A stretch of DNA of 64,000 bases from assembly GCA_053919585.1 (NCBI GenBank), contig CM132813.1; one strand, written 5' to 3'. The notes under the pieces were generated by a model. It was not told the origin of the DNA and ran no database searches. It worked only from the letters and a program-made list of their open reading frames with translations. Source of the DNA: Euprymna scolopes. Taxonomy: Eukaryota. The translations under genes were made by a program, and so were the position numbers. This document shows, piece by piece, positions 10,959 through 23,856 of the stretch. Positions within the stretch are counted from its first letter, which is position 1. Every line of letters starts with the position of its first letter.

Positions 10959-12789
10959 GGATGATGGCAGTCATCACTGATTTGAGATCATGGTCATTTC
11001 TACAAACTTATGTTATGTAGCATACGCGATTCATACATAATTTAATTTCATACATATGTTAACACCATTTCAGGTCAATTTACATTTTTATTCCTCTGAA
11101 CAATTGTGTGAGGAGCTCCAGTGCATTTCTTTGTCAGGGCAAGGTGGGACGATTACAAGATTGAAAGTTATGTCTTGTCCAACCATTTGTTTGACACTTA
11201 TGTGGTCGTATACGGGGCCCGTTTTGTAATCAAATACGACACATAATAACTGTACAAAATATATTTATTTATTCTGACTCCAATACAAAATAGTTTTATG
11301 TTTTGGTGTTTCTTTCTGGTTCTAAAATTAAGAGTTAAATGAATGTTCTTGGTGAAAGTGTTCCTTATGATATGTAATCATATCCAACTATTTGGTTTTT
11401 CCTGAAAGGAAAAATAGTATTTTGTGCGCGCATGGGTCTTGGAACTGATGACGTGTGTGAATTGTGGAATGTGTAGAGTGTACTTAGACAGTGTTACACT
11501 AAAGCGATGTAGATTTGTCAGTTCCACTTTCTTAACTGCCTGAACTTAGTTTTTTTTTTAACTTTTTATTTACTTTTTCCATTCAGGATCTTTGATTTGA
11601 TTGGTTAAAGGAAATTTCATCTATCATCTTCTTTGCATGTATTTTTGTTTTGGATGACTCACTAATTCTAATAAAATCAAGAGAAAGGAAGAAAAGACAG
11701 GAAAATAAAGAAAGGAGGAGGGGTTACAATCTGGTGAAACCAGGAAAAACATTACGTCTTTTTACAGTTATTATAGCCGTAGTAATGGTAAATGTAATAT
11801 TTCTTATATTCCACAGCCATACTTCAATCAAGGTAGCTATTTCATACTTTTCGTGAGTTTAGGTAGATTTGCTTAATGGGATATCAAACCTTTTTAGAAC
11901 ACTTAATATCCAAAAATATGTTGTATTCAGGCATATTTTTTTCATATTTTTTATTCTTTTGTCGGTTTACAAAAAAAAAAAAAAAAAAAAAAAGGTGAAG
12001 GATAATGAAGTAAGGTTTGGTTTTTCAAACAAACTGCTTGGTACTATAAAAAAAAAAAATAAATGAATATGCACCACCACCCCCATTAGATACAAAAAAT
12101 GATTTGTAGAAGTGGCAGTATTCATAATGAAAAAATTGCATATGTTCATCCACATTTCGTCTTTATAATTTCAAAGACTTTTTCAAGATGATTGATTTGA
12201 AGAATTAACATAGAAATTAAGATTGATTAAAGTCAAATAAATGCCAGACTAATTAAATTCATTTTAAATAAATTTTGCCAGACTGCTTGATTTAGTGCTC
12301 ATCAAAGTTTGACACAAAAAATGCAATGGCTTCTACAATTTATCTCCTTTAAATCAGAAAAATAGTACTAAATTAACATTAACTTAAATTTAGATCCAGG
12401 CTAAATACTTTTATGGCCCATTTCCGAGAAAACTTTATATTAAGAAAAGAAAAATCCATTTCACTTAAGACACACCACATTTTAAATTTTAATGTCTATG
12501 CTTAAAAAAAAAAAAAAAATTTAATTAATATTCTTTTGTCATAGACATATGTATTTCAACAATATTTTTCTTTAAATCAGTCATCCTGAGAAAGTCTATG
12601 AATTATAAAGACAAAATCTTGAACATATAAAACATTTCCATTTCTTTATTTTATTATTTTTATCACATTGGATCATTAATTCCATAACTATCATTCATTT
12701 ATAATAGAATAAAAATGAAAATAAGCCGAACAGATCCTTTTGGATAGAATAAGTAATAAACTTTGTTTATCTTGACAGAGTGTAACGTT

Positions 12790-13010
12790 AACTTTAGGTT
12801 TGGTTCTTACTCTTTATCAGACGTCTTGCAAAACTCACTTTTACAATGTAACATATTTCCCACCCCAACTACACTGATCCTGGCTAATTACCATTCATTT
12901 TTATCGCTATCATCTGATTTTCCTTTTGCCAATTAACGTCTTTCCGATGAGCTACAGATTTTACAAACACTCACACAAGCACACCTAACACTTCGTTTCC
13001 TGAGTTTTAC
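12790..13010 (+). mobile_element. Penelope-like 3' remnant
   Basis: Alignable to 30190-30600 (shared TCTTGCAAAACTCACT and downstream sequence). Confidence 0.4.
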
Positions 13011-13086
13011 CTTTTACTTTTTTTTTTTTTCACCCCAATACATTTCAAATCTTCATTTTATTTTTTCTGTGTTTGTTTATCTTTCA

Positions 13087-13120
<34 letters not shown>

Positions 13121-13329
13121 TAAATATCAAATGTAGCAGCAAGTCCTAGGAACATGTTTACCAAAAAGAACAGTTGGAAATAAGTCATACACCACCCATT
13201 ACGACTATGCAATTCCTACAGCTATGTAGCTAGAAAACAGCTATTAAACCTGACAGCGATATGGGACAAGAAGGAGAAAGAAGCAACCTTAGTAGAAGTT
13301 AGCGTCCGAATGATGTTGGCTTAAACAGA

Positions 13330-14270
13330 GCTGAAAGGAGAAAAGATAACGAAATACTAAGGTCTTATGTACAACATGTAAAGAACTAGAATCTTAAGAC
13401 CTCCAATTCCAGTAATTGTAAGAGCAATCAAACTCATGAAAAAGAATTTCAAAACTACCTGGCAAATATACCTGGTGAACCAATAGGCGTATCAGAATTT
13501 TTGTAGGAATTTTTGACACCCCTAGCACGAAACAGCGAATAAAATATAAAAAACTCGTAATTTCTCTTTTAAAAGTGGGTTGTTTATTTTCTTTATGGAT
13601 TATACTTCCAAAATAAACTATTAAAGTTGTTTTAAAAGTAATAGAAATATTTTTTTTTTTTTTTTTTTTAAACAGTAATGAATTTTACGAACTCAATATT
13701 TTTCAATTTTTAAACTTTAAAAATCTATAAAAAATTTTCTATTGATTTTATTTTTACGATATTTTCAGGGTCAATGTGAAATTTTATGCTCTTTCCAATA
13801 AACCGAATACAATATTTTAGACAAACTTTTTTTTTAAATTCACGCCCCCCCCCCCATTTTCAAGTGTCTATTAAAAAGTAAATAATTTACTCACCAAAGT
13901 TTTATATATCCCAAATTGAAGAGAAAAGGTCAATAAATAATATATTCAAATTAAAACAAAAAAAAAGTAGTGTTTTTTTTAGAAATTCACCTGAAAGTCC
14001 GAAGTTTAAAACCTTGTTTTAAAAAAAAAACACGTAGTTTTTTTTTGTTTTTTTTGTTTTGAACCTTGGTCTTTGCTCCTTTAATTGAAAAAAAAAAAAT
14101 TAGAGCTTGAATTACATTTTTCGAGGAGTTATAAACTTGAAAAGTCGAGGTGGAATTATTCACTATTTTTCACGAAATTTCTGACACACCTAGTGAACCA
14201 AGTGCAAGAAAGATGCAAACTATTGTACTTAAAGGGACGGTTAAAATCTTAAAAAGATCTTTTGGTTGTA
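13330..14270 (+). mobile_element. Degenerate 3' end of an R4/Dong-type (restriction-like endonuclease) LINE, interrupted by a MITE
   Basis: Encodes a decayed IPVIxGA...KKNFxNYLANIxGEP...QTIxLKGTVxIL motif; uninterrupted homolog at 27100-27330. Confidence 0.6.
13484..14192. mobile_element. 709-bp MITE with TAGG termini and a perfect 9-bp TSD
   Basis: TIR TAGGCGTATCAGAATTT / AAATTTCTGACACACCTA; GTGAACCAA duplicated at 13475-13483 and 14193-14201. Confidence 0.9.
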
Positions 14271-14579
14271 ATGTCTGAAATAACTGGTGAATAACTGACA
14301 TGCCCAGATAGAACATAAGGACTTTAAAAATTTGTGATGTTTAAAATCTAAGGAAAATATATCACTTTGAGGTGTCCATATCTTTAAATATTTTATCATG
14401 CAAAGTTACGGTTTGAAAATTAAAATATATCTTGTTTGTTTCGCTCAATAAATTGCTTTAGAATATGTACATGATAATATCTAAGGTGTAGTAAGCCTCA
14501 GGTCACCACTGTTTATCAAGATAGGTTTCATAATCTATCATTCTTGACACACTTTATAAACAATTCATTTTGTAATTAA

Positions 14580-14606
14580 TACGAGGGGTATTCCAACAGT
14601 AAAGTC

Positions 14607-14637
<31 letters not shown>

Positions 14638-15138
14638 AAAACTAAAGCGTTGAAGAGCTACGAAGACTGGAGTAGTACCATTAAAACGAGCAACCTTTTG
14701 TGCTCAAGAACTTATTTTCTACATAATCACCACCATTCTAATGCACGTTTGCCAGCAATGAATGGTTGCTCAGTCGTAAAAGTCCAGAGTGCACTTTGAC
14801 ACTTACATCTCCTGCCACTCTGAAATCAACAAACTCATTTCCTGTGCTGACATCAATTGTATCAGTTTTGTAAATGTTGAACAGACGCCGGTGAATGCTG
14901 ATCAGTTCGATTTTTTCTGCATGGAGGAATTCAATGATGCATCTTTGCTTCTGACGCATGTACATAACAGTAGTTGCTTTTTTAAAGTTTCACACAATCA
15001 ATATCTGCCACAGAGATAACATTTTCAAGTTATGAATGCATAAGTTCAGTCATCATAACAATGCAATTTGCAATCCTCTCTGATCCATTCAGGCGGAATA
15101 AAAAATAAGAAGCATTAGTTTTGGAACGTCCCAACATA
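14580..15138 (-). mobile_element. Internally deleted mariner element
   Basis: TA-CGAGGGG...CCCAACA-TA TIRs; N-terminal HTH (QRCIIEFLHAE...IHRRL...Y) fused to the mariner C-terminus (WQTCI-NGGDYVE). Confidence 0.85.
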
Positions 15139-17213
15139 TATGCATAGGTTATGTGTGTATGGTTCATGCAAAGCCTGCTTATGGTTACTTTCCCTTTTTC
15201 TTCTTGTAGTTTAACATTTCAGTCGATGTTCAATAGGTATGTATAGATTTCGCTTAGTTTACTGTTTGGACAGAAGTTACATTTCTAGTGCAAATTTGAA
15301 TGTGGGAGAACTTGTGTCGGATATCAGTCCAGAAGAATAGATTCGGATTGAGGTTTTTGTTTTATTGTACAACCATTTATATAAAGTTCAGCATGTTCTT
15401 TGTGTGTCATCGAAGCACATGGTCATATGACCGTATCCCACTTTTTTTTTTTTTTTTACTGAGTCCTTTCGCATTATTATTGTACTCCGCAAGATCTTTC
15501 AAGCTGTGCTGGTTGAGTAGTATAGGGCATTATCGGTAGTGCTACATTATAAAGTCCTCCTTCCCACATTCTCAAACAATGGAATCAGTTTTGTAGCCCC
15601 ATTTAGTCATAAACATCTTTTGATCAATCTATTCCTGTCCTCAAGCAGTTAAATATTTTCCACCGTAGCAAGGGTGTTTCTTAATCGAAAGAGAGGGCCT
15701 AGGAAGGCATGTTTATATATATTTACATGTACAGGATTCACACCTAAATTAATTAACCAATCATTATGAATTTTAAAAGACAGAGGGGATGGGAACCCAT
15801 TGTGAAAATTTAGATAGCTCCATATTTTTTGTGAACTTAGGTAATTATTAGACACCATTCCCCAAATTTCAATTTATTTAGAGTATTTTAAATACTAACA
15901 TGGGTGCAACTTTTCATTTGAAAATTTAAATATTTCAGAGTTTAATTACAATCGATTCATAGTAATTAGATATCAATTATAAAGCAAGATTTATGGAATT
16001 TAATTTTCTTTTGATTAAAATCAGGATTTGAGACACAAGGTTTAGTACAATATTTGGATTTTAATCTCTATTTCATAAAACAAACATAAAAGTGATACAA
16101 AACTGTTCTGTGCTGAAATTAATTTTACCCATCTTGGAACGGGTATTTTTTTCGTATTTCTAGAATAGTCATTAGATTAGTTCTTATCAAACTTACAGCC
16201 ACGATAGATGATCGAAATTGTTTCTTTCTAAAGAAAGGCATTTTAGAGCATTTTAAAATCATTTAATAGCATGCATAGAGGAGAATTACCAGATATCTCA
16301 GAGAATAAAAGCAACATGTATTTTTCACACAGAATTCTACTGATTTATTTTTGGTCCACAGTACAATGTTCTTATTTTGTTTCAAATAAAAAAAAAAAAA
16401 AACTTTGATTATCTTCCAAGGTAATTCCTTACTACACTCCCTCAAGATCACAAAAACACAATCTGAACTTATGATTGATTGAATAAAACTATACAGAAAA
16501 GCAAAGTCATCTAATCTGTCAAATTATGGTTTAACAGTAAAATGTAAGAACACATTTAAAATTTCTATCATTTTTTAATTATTAAAATTATTGCAATAAA
16601 AAAAAAAGTCAGAACTCCTCAACAATGCTGGAATTCATACCAACTCTTCTTAACCAAAAACCATAATTCACAACCCCAACTCTCAATGTCTATGCTCTCT
16701 ATCAGTCATCAAAAACTCTGCATGTCCTCTTCAATTTGTCCTTCTTACAGACATTCCACTCATATGCAAATTAATGCCATATGGTTATAAGGAATCAATC
16801 TACAATATTTTTTTCCTTTCCTTCTATTTCTTTCCCCAATCCCATCACCTGACAACCTAAACAGAGGCACTACCACTTGTGTGAGTAGTATCTTCTATTG
16901 CAGCATGTTGCCATGCTAATACTTTTGACAACTGGCAAGTGAGATGCCCTCCCAGTACCTTCTCTACAATTATTTATTCATATCATGGTTGTTATATTCA
17001 TGTTTTGGCAGATGTAAACTTCAATCTTCTTCAGGTAAATCTTTCCAAACTCTGAAACTTTGATGAAATTTAGAACTTTCTAAAGTTTGAAAAGCTGGAT
17101 GTGAAAAAGTCCAAAAAACTCCAAAAATAAATGATCAATCCTCATCTCCAAAAATCCTAAAACAAAACAAATATTTCAAAGATTTGCTAATCAATGATAT
17201 GGTAAAATCTTAC

Positions 17214-17292
17214 CTTAATAATTTCAGACTTTTGAGAAATAGTCTTGAATGATTCCCATGAAATACCAGGAATAAGTAGAAAAATCACTTAC
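17214..17292 (-). other. Candidate recursive splice site with a 79-nt cryptic exon
   Basis: Minus strand tttattttatttttcag|gtaagt at 17293/17292, second donor aag|gtaaga at 17214/17213; stops in all three frames. Confidence 0.35.
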
Positions 17293-17449
17293 CTGAAAAA
17301 TAAAATAAACATTGTACCATTAAGATAAAAACAGAATACAGTTTAAAAACACACACTAGAAAATTTTTAAGACAATGGATGAATTCAGAACAACTTGTAA
17401 AAGAATGAATTTATAAGGAAATTTTCTGTTAAGTTCACATATGTGCACG

Positions 17450-17780
17450 CAGTGTAATAATGAGGGTTGAGGATATGTGTTGCACGGAGAGAAACGATAT
17501 AAGATGATACAATGGATACGTAATCTGAGTTTTCAAGACAAGTTTAGTTCTGATGACTTCAGAAGATTAAATCTGGACAGTATAAGGGGATATGTGCAAA
17601 ACCAGAGACTTTGATGATATGGCCACAGAAAGAACGAATGAGAGTACTTGGATTAGTAGACAAAACAGTTGAAGCAGCCTAAATAATGACCTGGTCAGAG
17701 ATAGGTTAGTTTGGAAGTCAATTTTTAAAAGCTATCCTACCTATGCCAGCATGTAAAACAAAATGTTAAAATAATGACGA
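17450..17780 (+). mobile_element. RTE-clade LINE 3' fragment
   Basis: Decayed YGH and DL..DR.VWKS coding remnants and the tail GCCAGCATGTAAAACAAAATGTTAAA; related pieces at 18220-18540, 18900-19040, 32570-32690 and 54420-54740. Confidence 0.55.
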
Positions 17781-17832
17781 ATTACTGATTAAATTCAATT
17801 TAGATTATATATATATATATATATATATATAT

Positions 17833-18120
17833 GGGACATTATCACATTGACACACTGGTTCTCGTCAGATCACTGGTTAAGCAACATTGAGCCTGGTCAG
17901 TACTAAAATGGGTGACCATTTGGGAATTTCAGGTGCTGTATGCGCTCTCCGCTTATCTCAGCATTGTTTCTAGTCATCTAGCATTTCTCCTTGCCACTGG
18001 ACTCAAGCAGTGCTGATTCAGGAGAGGTATGTATAGAGATTGTGCAACCCTTGCCTCAGAATTACATGCACAGCTACCCTTACAAAGGGTATCCATTGTC
18101 TCTTAAAACTGAACGGCACT
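17833..18120 (+). mobile_element. 5S rRNA-derived SINE (SINE3), family 1
   Basis: Head ATCACATTGACACACTGGTTCTCGTCAGATCAC...GTTAAGCAACATTGAGCCTGGTCAGTACT...GGGTGACC...GGGAA...GGTGCTGTA is colinear with 5S rRNA; followed by a shared ~175-bp body. Confidence 0.85.
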
Positions 18121-18219
18121 ATTGTAGATTACATTTGCTTTTATCTTTCAATTGATCAATGGATAAAATGAGAAGTGTCTGGATTTTCCATAGGTCAAAC
18201 GTTTTGCTTTAATATTTCT

Positions 18220-18540
18220 CGTTTTGAAAAATCTTTTGTGAATACATATTTGTATAAACGTTGTAGGACACGAGACAAGTCATTGTTTTATGTATAGTAT
18301 AGGTAGATGTATGCGGAACTGAACACTTTGTTGTAAGAATGGACGAAAGTATTGGGATTGGGGCAGTTAAGGTAGCAGGAGTCGTTGGCAGGAGAAATTC
18401 GGAGAAAACATGGAAAAAATTATAAGGCTATATTTGAGAGATAGAAGGCTAAATAAAGACTTGATAAAGATAAGTTAGTCTAGAAGTCAATTTCTAAAAG
18501 CTGTCCAACACATGTCAGCATGTAAAACAAATGTTAAAGC
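18220..18540 (+). mobile_element. RTE-clade LINE 3' fragment
   Basis: Same tail as 17450-17780; GRRNSEKTW resembles RTE GRPRKTW. Confidence 0.55.
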
Positions 18541-18581
18541 AGCCATAGTGGTGAAAGAATGGAGAATGCTTGGGTTAAGAT

Positions 18582-18825
18582 GCCTCCGTTCAGTCTCAAA
18601 AGACAATGGATACCCTCTGTACAGCATGGGTTATGCATTCCCTAATCACACCTCTCCTGAATTAGCATTGCTTGAGTCCAGTGGCAAGGAGAAGTGCTAG
18701 ACGACTGGAACAATGCCGAGATAAGCAGAGAGCACATACAGCACCTGGAATTCCCAAATAGTCACCCATTTTAGTACTGAGCAGCCTCAACGATTCTTAA
18801 CTTTGATGATCTAATGGGAACCGTA
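18582..18825 (-). mobile_element. 5S-derived SINE, family 1
   Basis: Reverse complement of 17833-18120. Confidence 0.85.
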
Positions 18826-19540
18826 TATATGAATTGATGGTAAGAGACTTTCTACATTTTCGTATCTTTGTTTCAAATGTTTCCTCTCCATAATTTTTAT
18901 GCTTGGATTAGCAGATGTAGAACAGTTGAGATGGGAAGGTCACGGAAAACATGGGAGGAAATGATGAGTGGGTTTGAGAGAAGAAAACAAAAGGGATAAA
19001 TAAAGACCTGTCCAGAGATATGTTAGTTTGAAATCAATTTCAAACTTTAAACTCATGATAATAGTATTAAGTACTTCAGAAAAATAACATTTTAAATAAA
19101 CATTCATTTACTAAAACAATTTTTCTATGCTTATTATTCTTTTTTTTTTTTCCATTTAAAGTTTGAATGAGATTATCGATTTAAGCAGGAGATGTGTATT
19201 TCGGCACCGACAAATCAATAAAGATAAACACAAAACGATCATTTATTCCGAAAACATTTCAATTCTTCTGGCTTTCTTTATAAAATGATCAATTGATGGT
19301 AACAGACTTTCTACGTTTTCGCGTCTTTGTTTCAAATGTTTTTCATCATTTGTGTTCCAGCCAATAGATTGCCTTTTTTGTTATTATTCAATGAGTCATG
19401 ATGCAATTTATTAAAAGCTTACTCTGAATTGAAACACAAAAATAAAGCTCCAGCCATTGTTTGAAGACAACGCACATGCTTTATTACAAGCCTTTCCCTA
19501 TCGCAATGAAAGTATTTAGTTTTCATTTTAAACTGGAAAA

Positions 19541-19582
<42 letters not shown>

Positions 19583-20261
19583 ATATTACACATTTTTTGA
19601 AAACACGTTTAGGAAGCCAATTCAATGCAGATTTTTTTTTTTTAATAAAATTTTATTTAACTTGAAATATGTTTATACGCCAATACAACACAGAGATTTC
19701 TTTTTATAAAATAAAATGAATACTTAAATAATAGAAAATACAAAATTCAAAATTTAACAGTTTAGAAGCCAAACAAGTACAAAATTTAACGATCTTTAAA
19801 CGGTTAAATTTGGAAATTTGTATTCCAATATCAACGATGCTTACAGTGGATTTTCTATTATTTAACACATAAGCGCTTGACCGGCGCCTCATACTCTATT
19901 GTATTGAATTTAATTTTAATAAATAAATATGTTTATTTATTGAAAAAGATTCTGCACTTGTTTGGTATTTAAACCGTTAAATTTTTAATTTTGTATTCCA
20001 AATATTTGTTTAAAAATCGATTTTTCAACATTAGATGCCTTTCTCAGGATTTTTTTTTTTTCTCTTTTTTCGTCGCATGATGTTAAAACAAAGGAAATAG
20101 TACAAATATCCTGAATAAGGTATCTAACGTCGAAAAACTTTGATTGTAAACAAATGTTTATTTAAAAAAAAAAATCTGCGTTGTAGACTTATAAATATAT
20201 TTCAATTTTAAACAACGCTTATATCACAGCAACACTAACTAAAATTTTATTTGTTTGATAA

Positions 20262-20560
20262 TCAATTTTTCGGCGAGCATAGAGTCTTTGTCAGGATAAA
20301 AACAACCTTTTTCCCTTTTTCTGTGGCATGGTGTCACTAGAAAAGCAAGATTCGTGCAGTCTTCAGTGATATTTTAAACCAAGTTAGGACTGCATGCTCA
20401 CGCATGAAATGAACTATGTTTGTTTGTTTTGTTTTTGTTTTTATTACCGCACAGATCTTACTTTTCTAGTGACACCATGCCACGAAGAAAGAAAAAAGAA
20501 AAAAAAAAGCTATTTCTATCCTGATGAAGGCACTAATGCTTGCCGAAATTTTATTTTCAA
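20262..20560. mobile_element. Palindromic element (family P4) with a hammerhead motif
   Basis: Arms GTGGCATGGTGTCACTAGAAAAG / CTTTTCTAGTGACACCATGCCAC; right arm CTGATGA-A-GGCA-N8-TGCC-GAAATTT at 20521-20551. Confidence 0.7.
20517..20555 (+). ncRNA. Putative minimal type-I hammerhead ribozyme (Penelope-type)
   Basis: Intact CUGAUGA and GAAA boxes, 4-bp stem II, palindromic AAAUUU stem III; stem I decayed. Confidence 0.5.
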
Positions 20561-21992
20561 ACAATTTTTTTTTTTTAAATCTACATTGAATTAGCTTCCT
20601 AAACTTATATTTTCAATTTAAATTTAAATTACGTTTTATCAAGAAGAAAAAGAATCTTTATAATTTTTTTATGCAAGCATTATTGGCTACATATCGACTA
20701 AACCAAAAGGAATAAAAGCATTTATACTATAACACAGCTCTACCTTATAAGAGCTTTATTGGATTAACATCTAAGGAACAACAATCATATGTTTGTCCGC
20801 AAATACTTATGTTGTAAGATATTATCTATAAATAAATAGTAAAAACAAGTCAAGTACAGATCATCGAAACTTTTTTTTTTTTTCATTAAACCATTCCGCT
20901 AAGATTGAACTTTCTTTTTTTTTTCTTGAAGAACAGTCTATGTGGATTAATCTGCTTTTCGATATTAGTACATTCGAACAGTACTGCCCTGTTGAGGAGT
21001 ACTAATATCAACATAGGTTGTTCTAGTGTTTATATAATTTTATTAAAAATAAAGTTGTACACACGCAAGAAACCTAGAGAATCCATCTTAATAAATGTAA
21101 AATTCAGGTAAAAACTACGAATTTTGAGGCGCTTCTACACTATTAAAATGAAATTTTGTAATCGATAAATGGAGTTTTCAGAAAAAAAAAATGGTTTTCT
21201 ACTGATTTTTATTATCAATTCCAATCAATTATAATCGTAGCTTCCAAATTATGCAGTCGAAATTACCTGAATATTACTGAATTATTAAAAAAACTTTGTG
21301 TTAATTGAAAAATTGCGGCCATCTTGTTTAAATCGAAACAGAAAATTACCTCTCTTTTGACCTCTGTGTCTTATGATCGTTTTCAAATTTTATTTTTTAT
21401 TTTCTTCATTAAATAATTTTCTATCTTATCGATTTTCGTAATTTTTGGATATAATCATCTTATTTTAAGTGAGGAATACGTAGATACCATTGTCTTCATG
21501 TGAAATTCAGTTTTAGGATTTCCTAAATTTCGTCCTAATAGTGTAAAAAGCGCCAATTTTTGTTTTCAACAGATGCACCAATACTCCACACACACACTGC
21601 TAAGCAGGAGATGATCAGACAAGCACCAAGAAAATCAACTGGGTGTGGCCCGGTCGAAGGGGAGGGGGTGATAAGACATTTCACATGACAAATGGAGAGA
21701 AATATAATCACAGGTAAACAGTAGAGCAACTAACCTAGATTGAAAGCAGCAAACGTTGTTATTACAAAACATTGATTTCTTTGAAGGTAGTGAACTTGTA
21801 TATACAAACACACAAGAATACCTGTCCCAGGAATGGTAAAAATAGCCCCTCCTTCCTTCCCTGAACTAAACCTTATGTCTAGAACCTGCATTCCAATTTT
21901 TCTAAATCCATTACATGATTTTGATTATAAAATCATTAAAAAAAATCTCAACTTTAAAGCTTATGCTTTGGGGGTTTTAATATTATGGTGTT

Positions 21993-22270
21993 GATTCAGT
22001 TTAGAGAGACAATGGATACTTTTTGTAAGGGTGGGTATGCATATAATTGTGAAACTAGGGCTGCACAATCCCAACCTCACTTCTGACTTGCTGCTGCATG
22101 AATCTAGTGGCAAGGAGTTTAAAGCAACTGCAAACAATGCAAAGATAAACAGCAAACACATACGCACCTAATATTCCCAAATCATCACCCATTTGGTACT
22201 GACCAGGCTTAACGTTGCTTAACTTCAGTGACTTAATGGGAACCATTGTTTCAACATGATTATGCCGTAT
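21993..22270 (-). mobile_element. 5S-derived SINE, family 1
   Basis: Full 5S-like head (~22160-22270) plus the family body. Confidence 0.85.
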
Positions 22271-22719
22271 AGGAGGAGCCTTATAAGAAATTGAAATTCA
22301 TGTCTAATGAAAAAGGATCAAATTCCATGCAGATCTGAAATATTTGTGGTTGCGACCAAATTGTGCCTTCTAAAACTCCTTCAAAAATGCCAAAGAAACT
22401 GAAATTTGGAGAATATTAACTGATGGGTAATATCTGTAGTTAAAATGTCCAAAATCACATGAGAATTTTCACAAAGAAGATTACACCATCTTTTTACTCC
22501 CCTTTACATAAAACTAAATATAAACCACATTTGGATCTCTTTCGTCTGTTTAATCACCGTGATTTATCTGTAACTCATTTTTTGTCTATCACTCTTCCAC
22601 TCACATTATCTTGTTCAATCATGGCTCTTATTTTATACAGTTTCTATCAATGCTGCGTCCCTGACTGTTTATTAAAAGTCAAACATAATAAAGTGAAGCA
22701 ACATTGTAATAGCCCATTA

Positions 22720-23462
22720 TAAACAAAAAAAAATGAAGCATGTATGGTCCCCCATGAGTGCACAGTGAACAAGGCATAAAAAAAATGACTAAGTTCAGCA
22801 TCCCCATCTCTCTTCATTTAGCCCCAAAAGTCCCCACGGGACGTCAAATCTTGGTGAAAATGAACAAACGGTGCAATTTTAGGCCTTAACATATGTAAAT
22901 TTGAGTTCTGCACCATGCAAAAAAAGAAATGACTGTCCATCATTTGCCACCTCACCCCCATTTAGCCTCAAAAGTCCCCAAGGCCGTAACATATTTAAAT
23001 TTGAGTTCACCAACATGCAAAATTACCAAATTGACATACAAAGAAAATTTGGACAAATATGGTAAAATACCATATTTGTCCAAAAAATGGAGTGTTTTTA
23101 TTAGCCCTAAAAGAGTCCCTGAGGCATACCCAAAAGTTATCGCGAAGTATAGACAAGCAAAATTATATAGAAATCAGTTAGTTACAACTTTTCAGAAAGT
23201 TTTATAAAAATCCAAGGTATCACTTTTTTTTTAAAAAGCACAGAAGTTTCAATTTTAGCCATTTTAACCCGAAAGGCACCCTTAGGAGGAAACCAGAGTT
23301 TTCCTAGAAAATCCATTCTGTTAGATTTTTACTCATATCATGTTTAATGTTTGTGCAAAATTTCAAAAATTTCCAAGGCATAGTTATTGAGAAAAGTGCG
23401 GACAGATGAACGGACAAGGGTGAATTTACAGGTCCACCCTCCTTTTGTCAAGGGACCAAAAT
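22720..23462. mobile_element. Helentron/HINE-like non-autonomous element
   Basis: A-rich ends, internal repeats (TTTAGCCYCAAAAGTCCCCA), GGACAGA-type microsatellite remnant and terminal stem GGTCC...GGACC. Confidence 0.5.
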
Positions 23463-23856
23463 GAATGTCATCGAATGTAGTAATATTATTAAACCACTAA
23501 CTGTGAAAAGAAACAGAGAGGAATATATATATAGCGAGCAGAAAGAAACTAATTTTGGATTGTGTTTATTTTTCATATTTTTACTGACTTTGATAACTCA
23601 CTTTGTATTCAACTATTGCTCTCATGGATATTATTCTCACGATGTTTCAACAACTGTAATCTCCGACCTTCTTCTAAAAATAGCATCCAAAATGAAAACA
23701 ACAGTTTGAAAAATCCAATAACACAAATCCTCAACTCGAAAATTCTAAAACAATATTTTTTTTCTGGATTTAAATAATCTAATCAGAGTTCAATGGGAGA
23801 CCCAACAGACCTTATATTTTATATATATATTTCAGTTGGAATTACGTATGGATTAG

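Larger units (their letters stand above)
19590..20620. mobile_element. ~1-kb nested inverted-repeat structure
   Basis: GTTTAGGAAGCCAATTCAATGCAGATTT (~19607) is inverted with AAATCTACATTGAATTAGCTTCCTAAAC (~20577); internal palindromes at ~20000-20160 and 20262-20560. Confidence 0.6.

Noticed and set aside
11440-11545. miR-1-like hairpin, C/D snoRNA or SECIS (TGGAATGT; GGAACTGA/TCAGTTCC stem)
   Set aside because: Only the seed matches miR-1 and on the wrong arm; pairing is discontinuous; boxes are non-canonical.
17833-17945. Functional 5S rRNA genes (also 51147-51262 and other copies)
   Set aside because: Many substitutions and indels, an altered C box, dispersed positions and fusion to SINE bodies.
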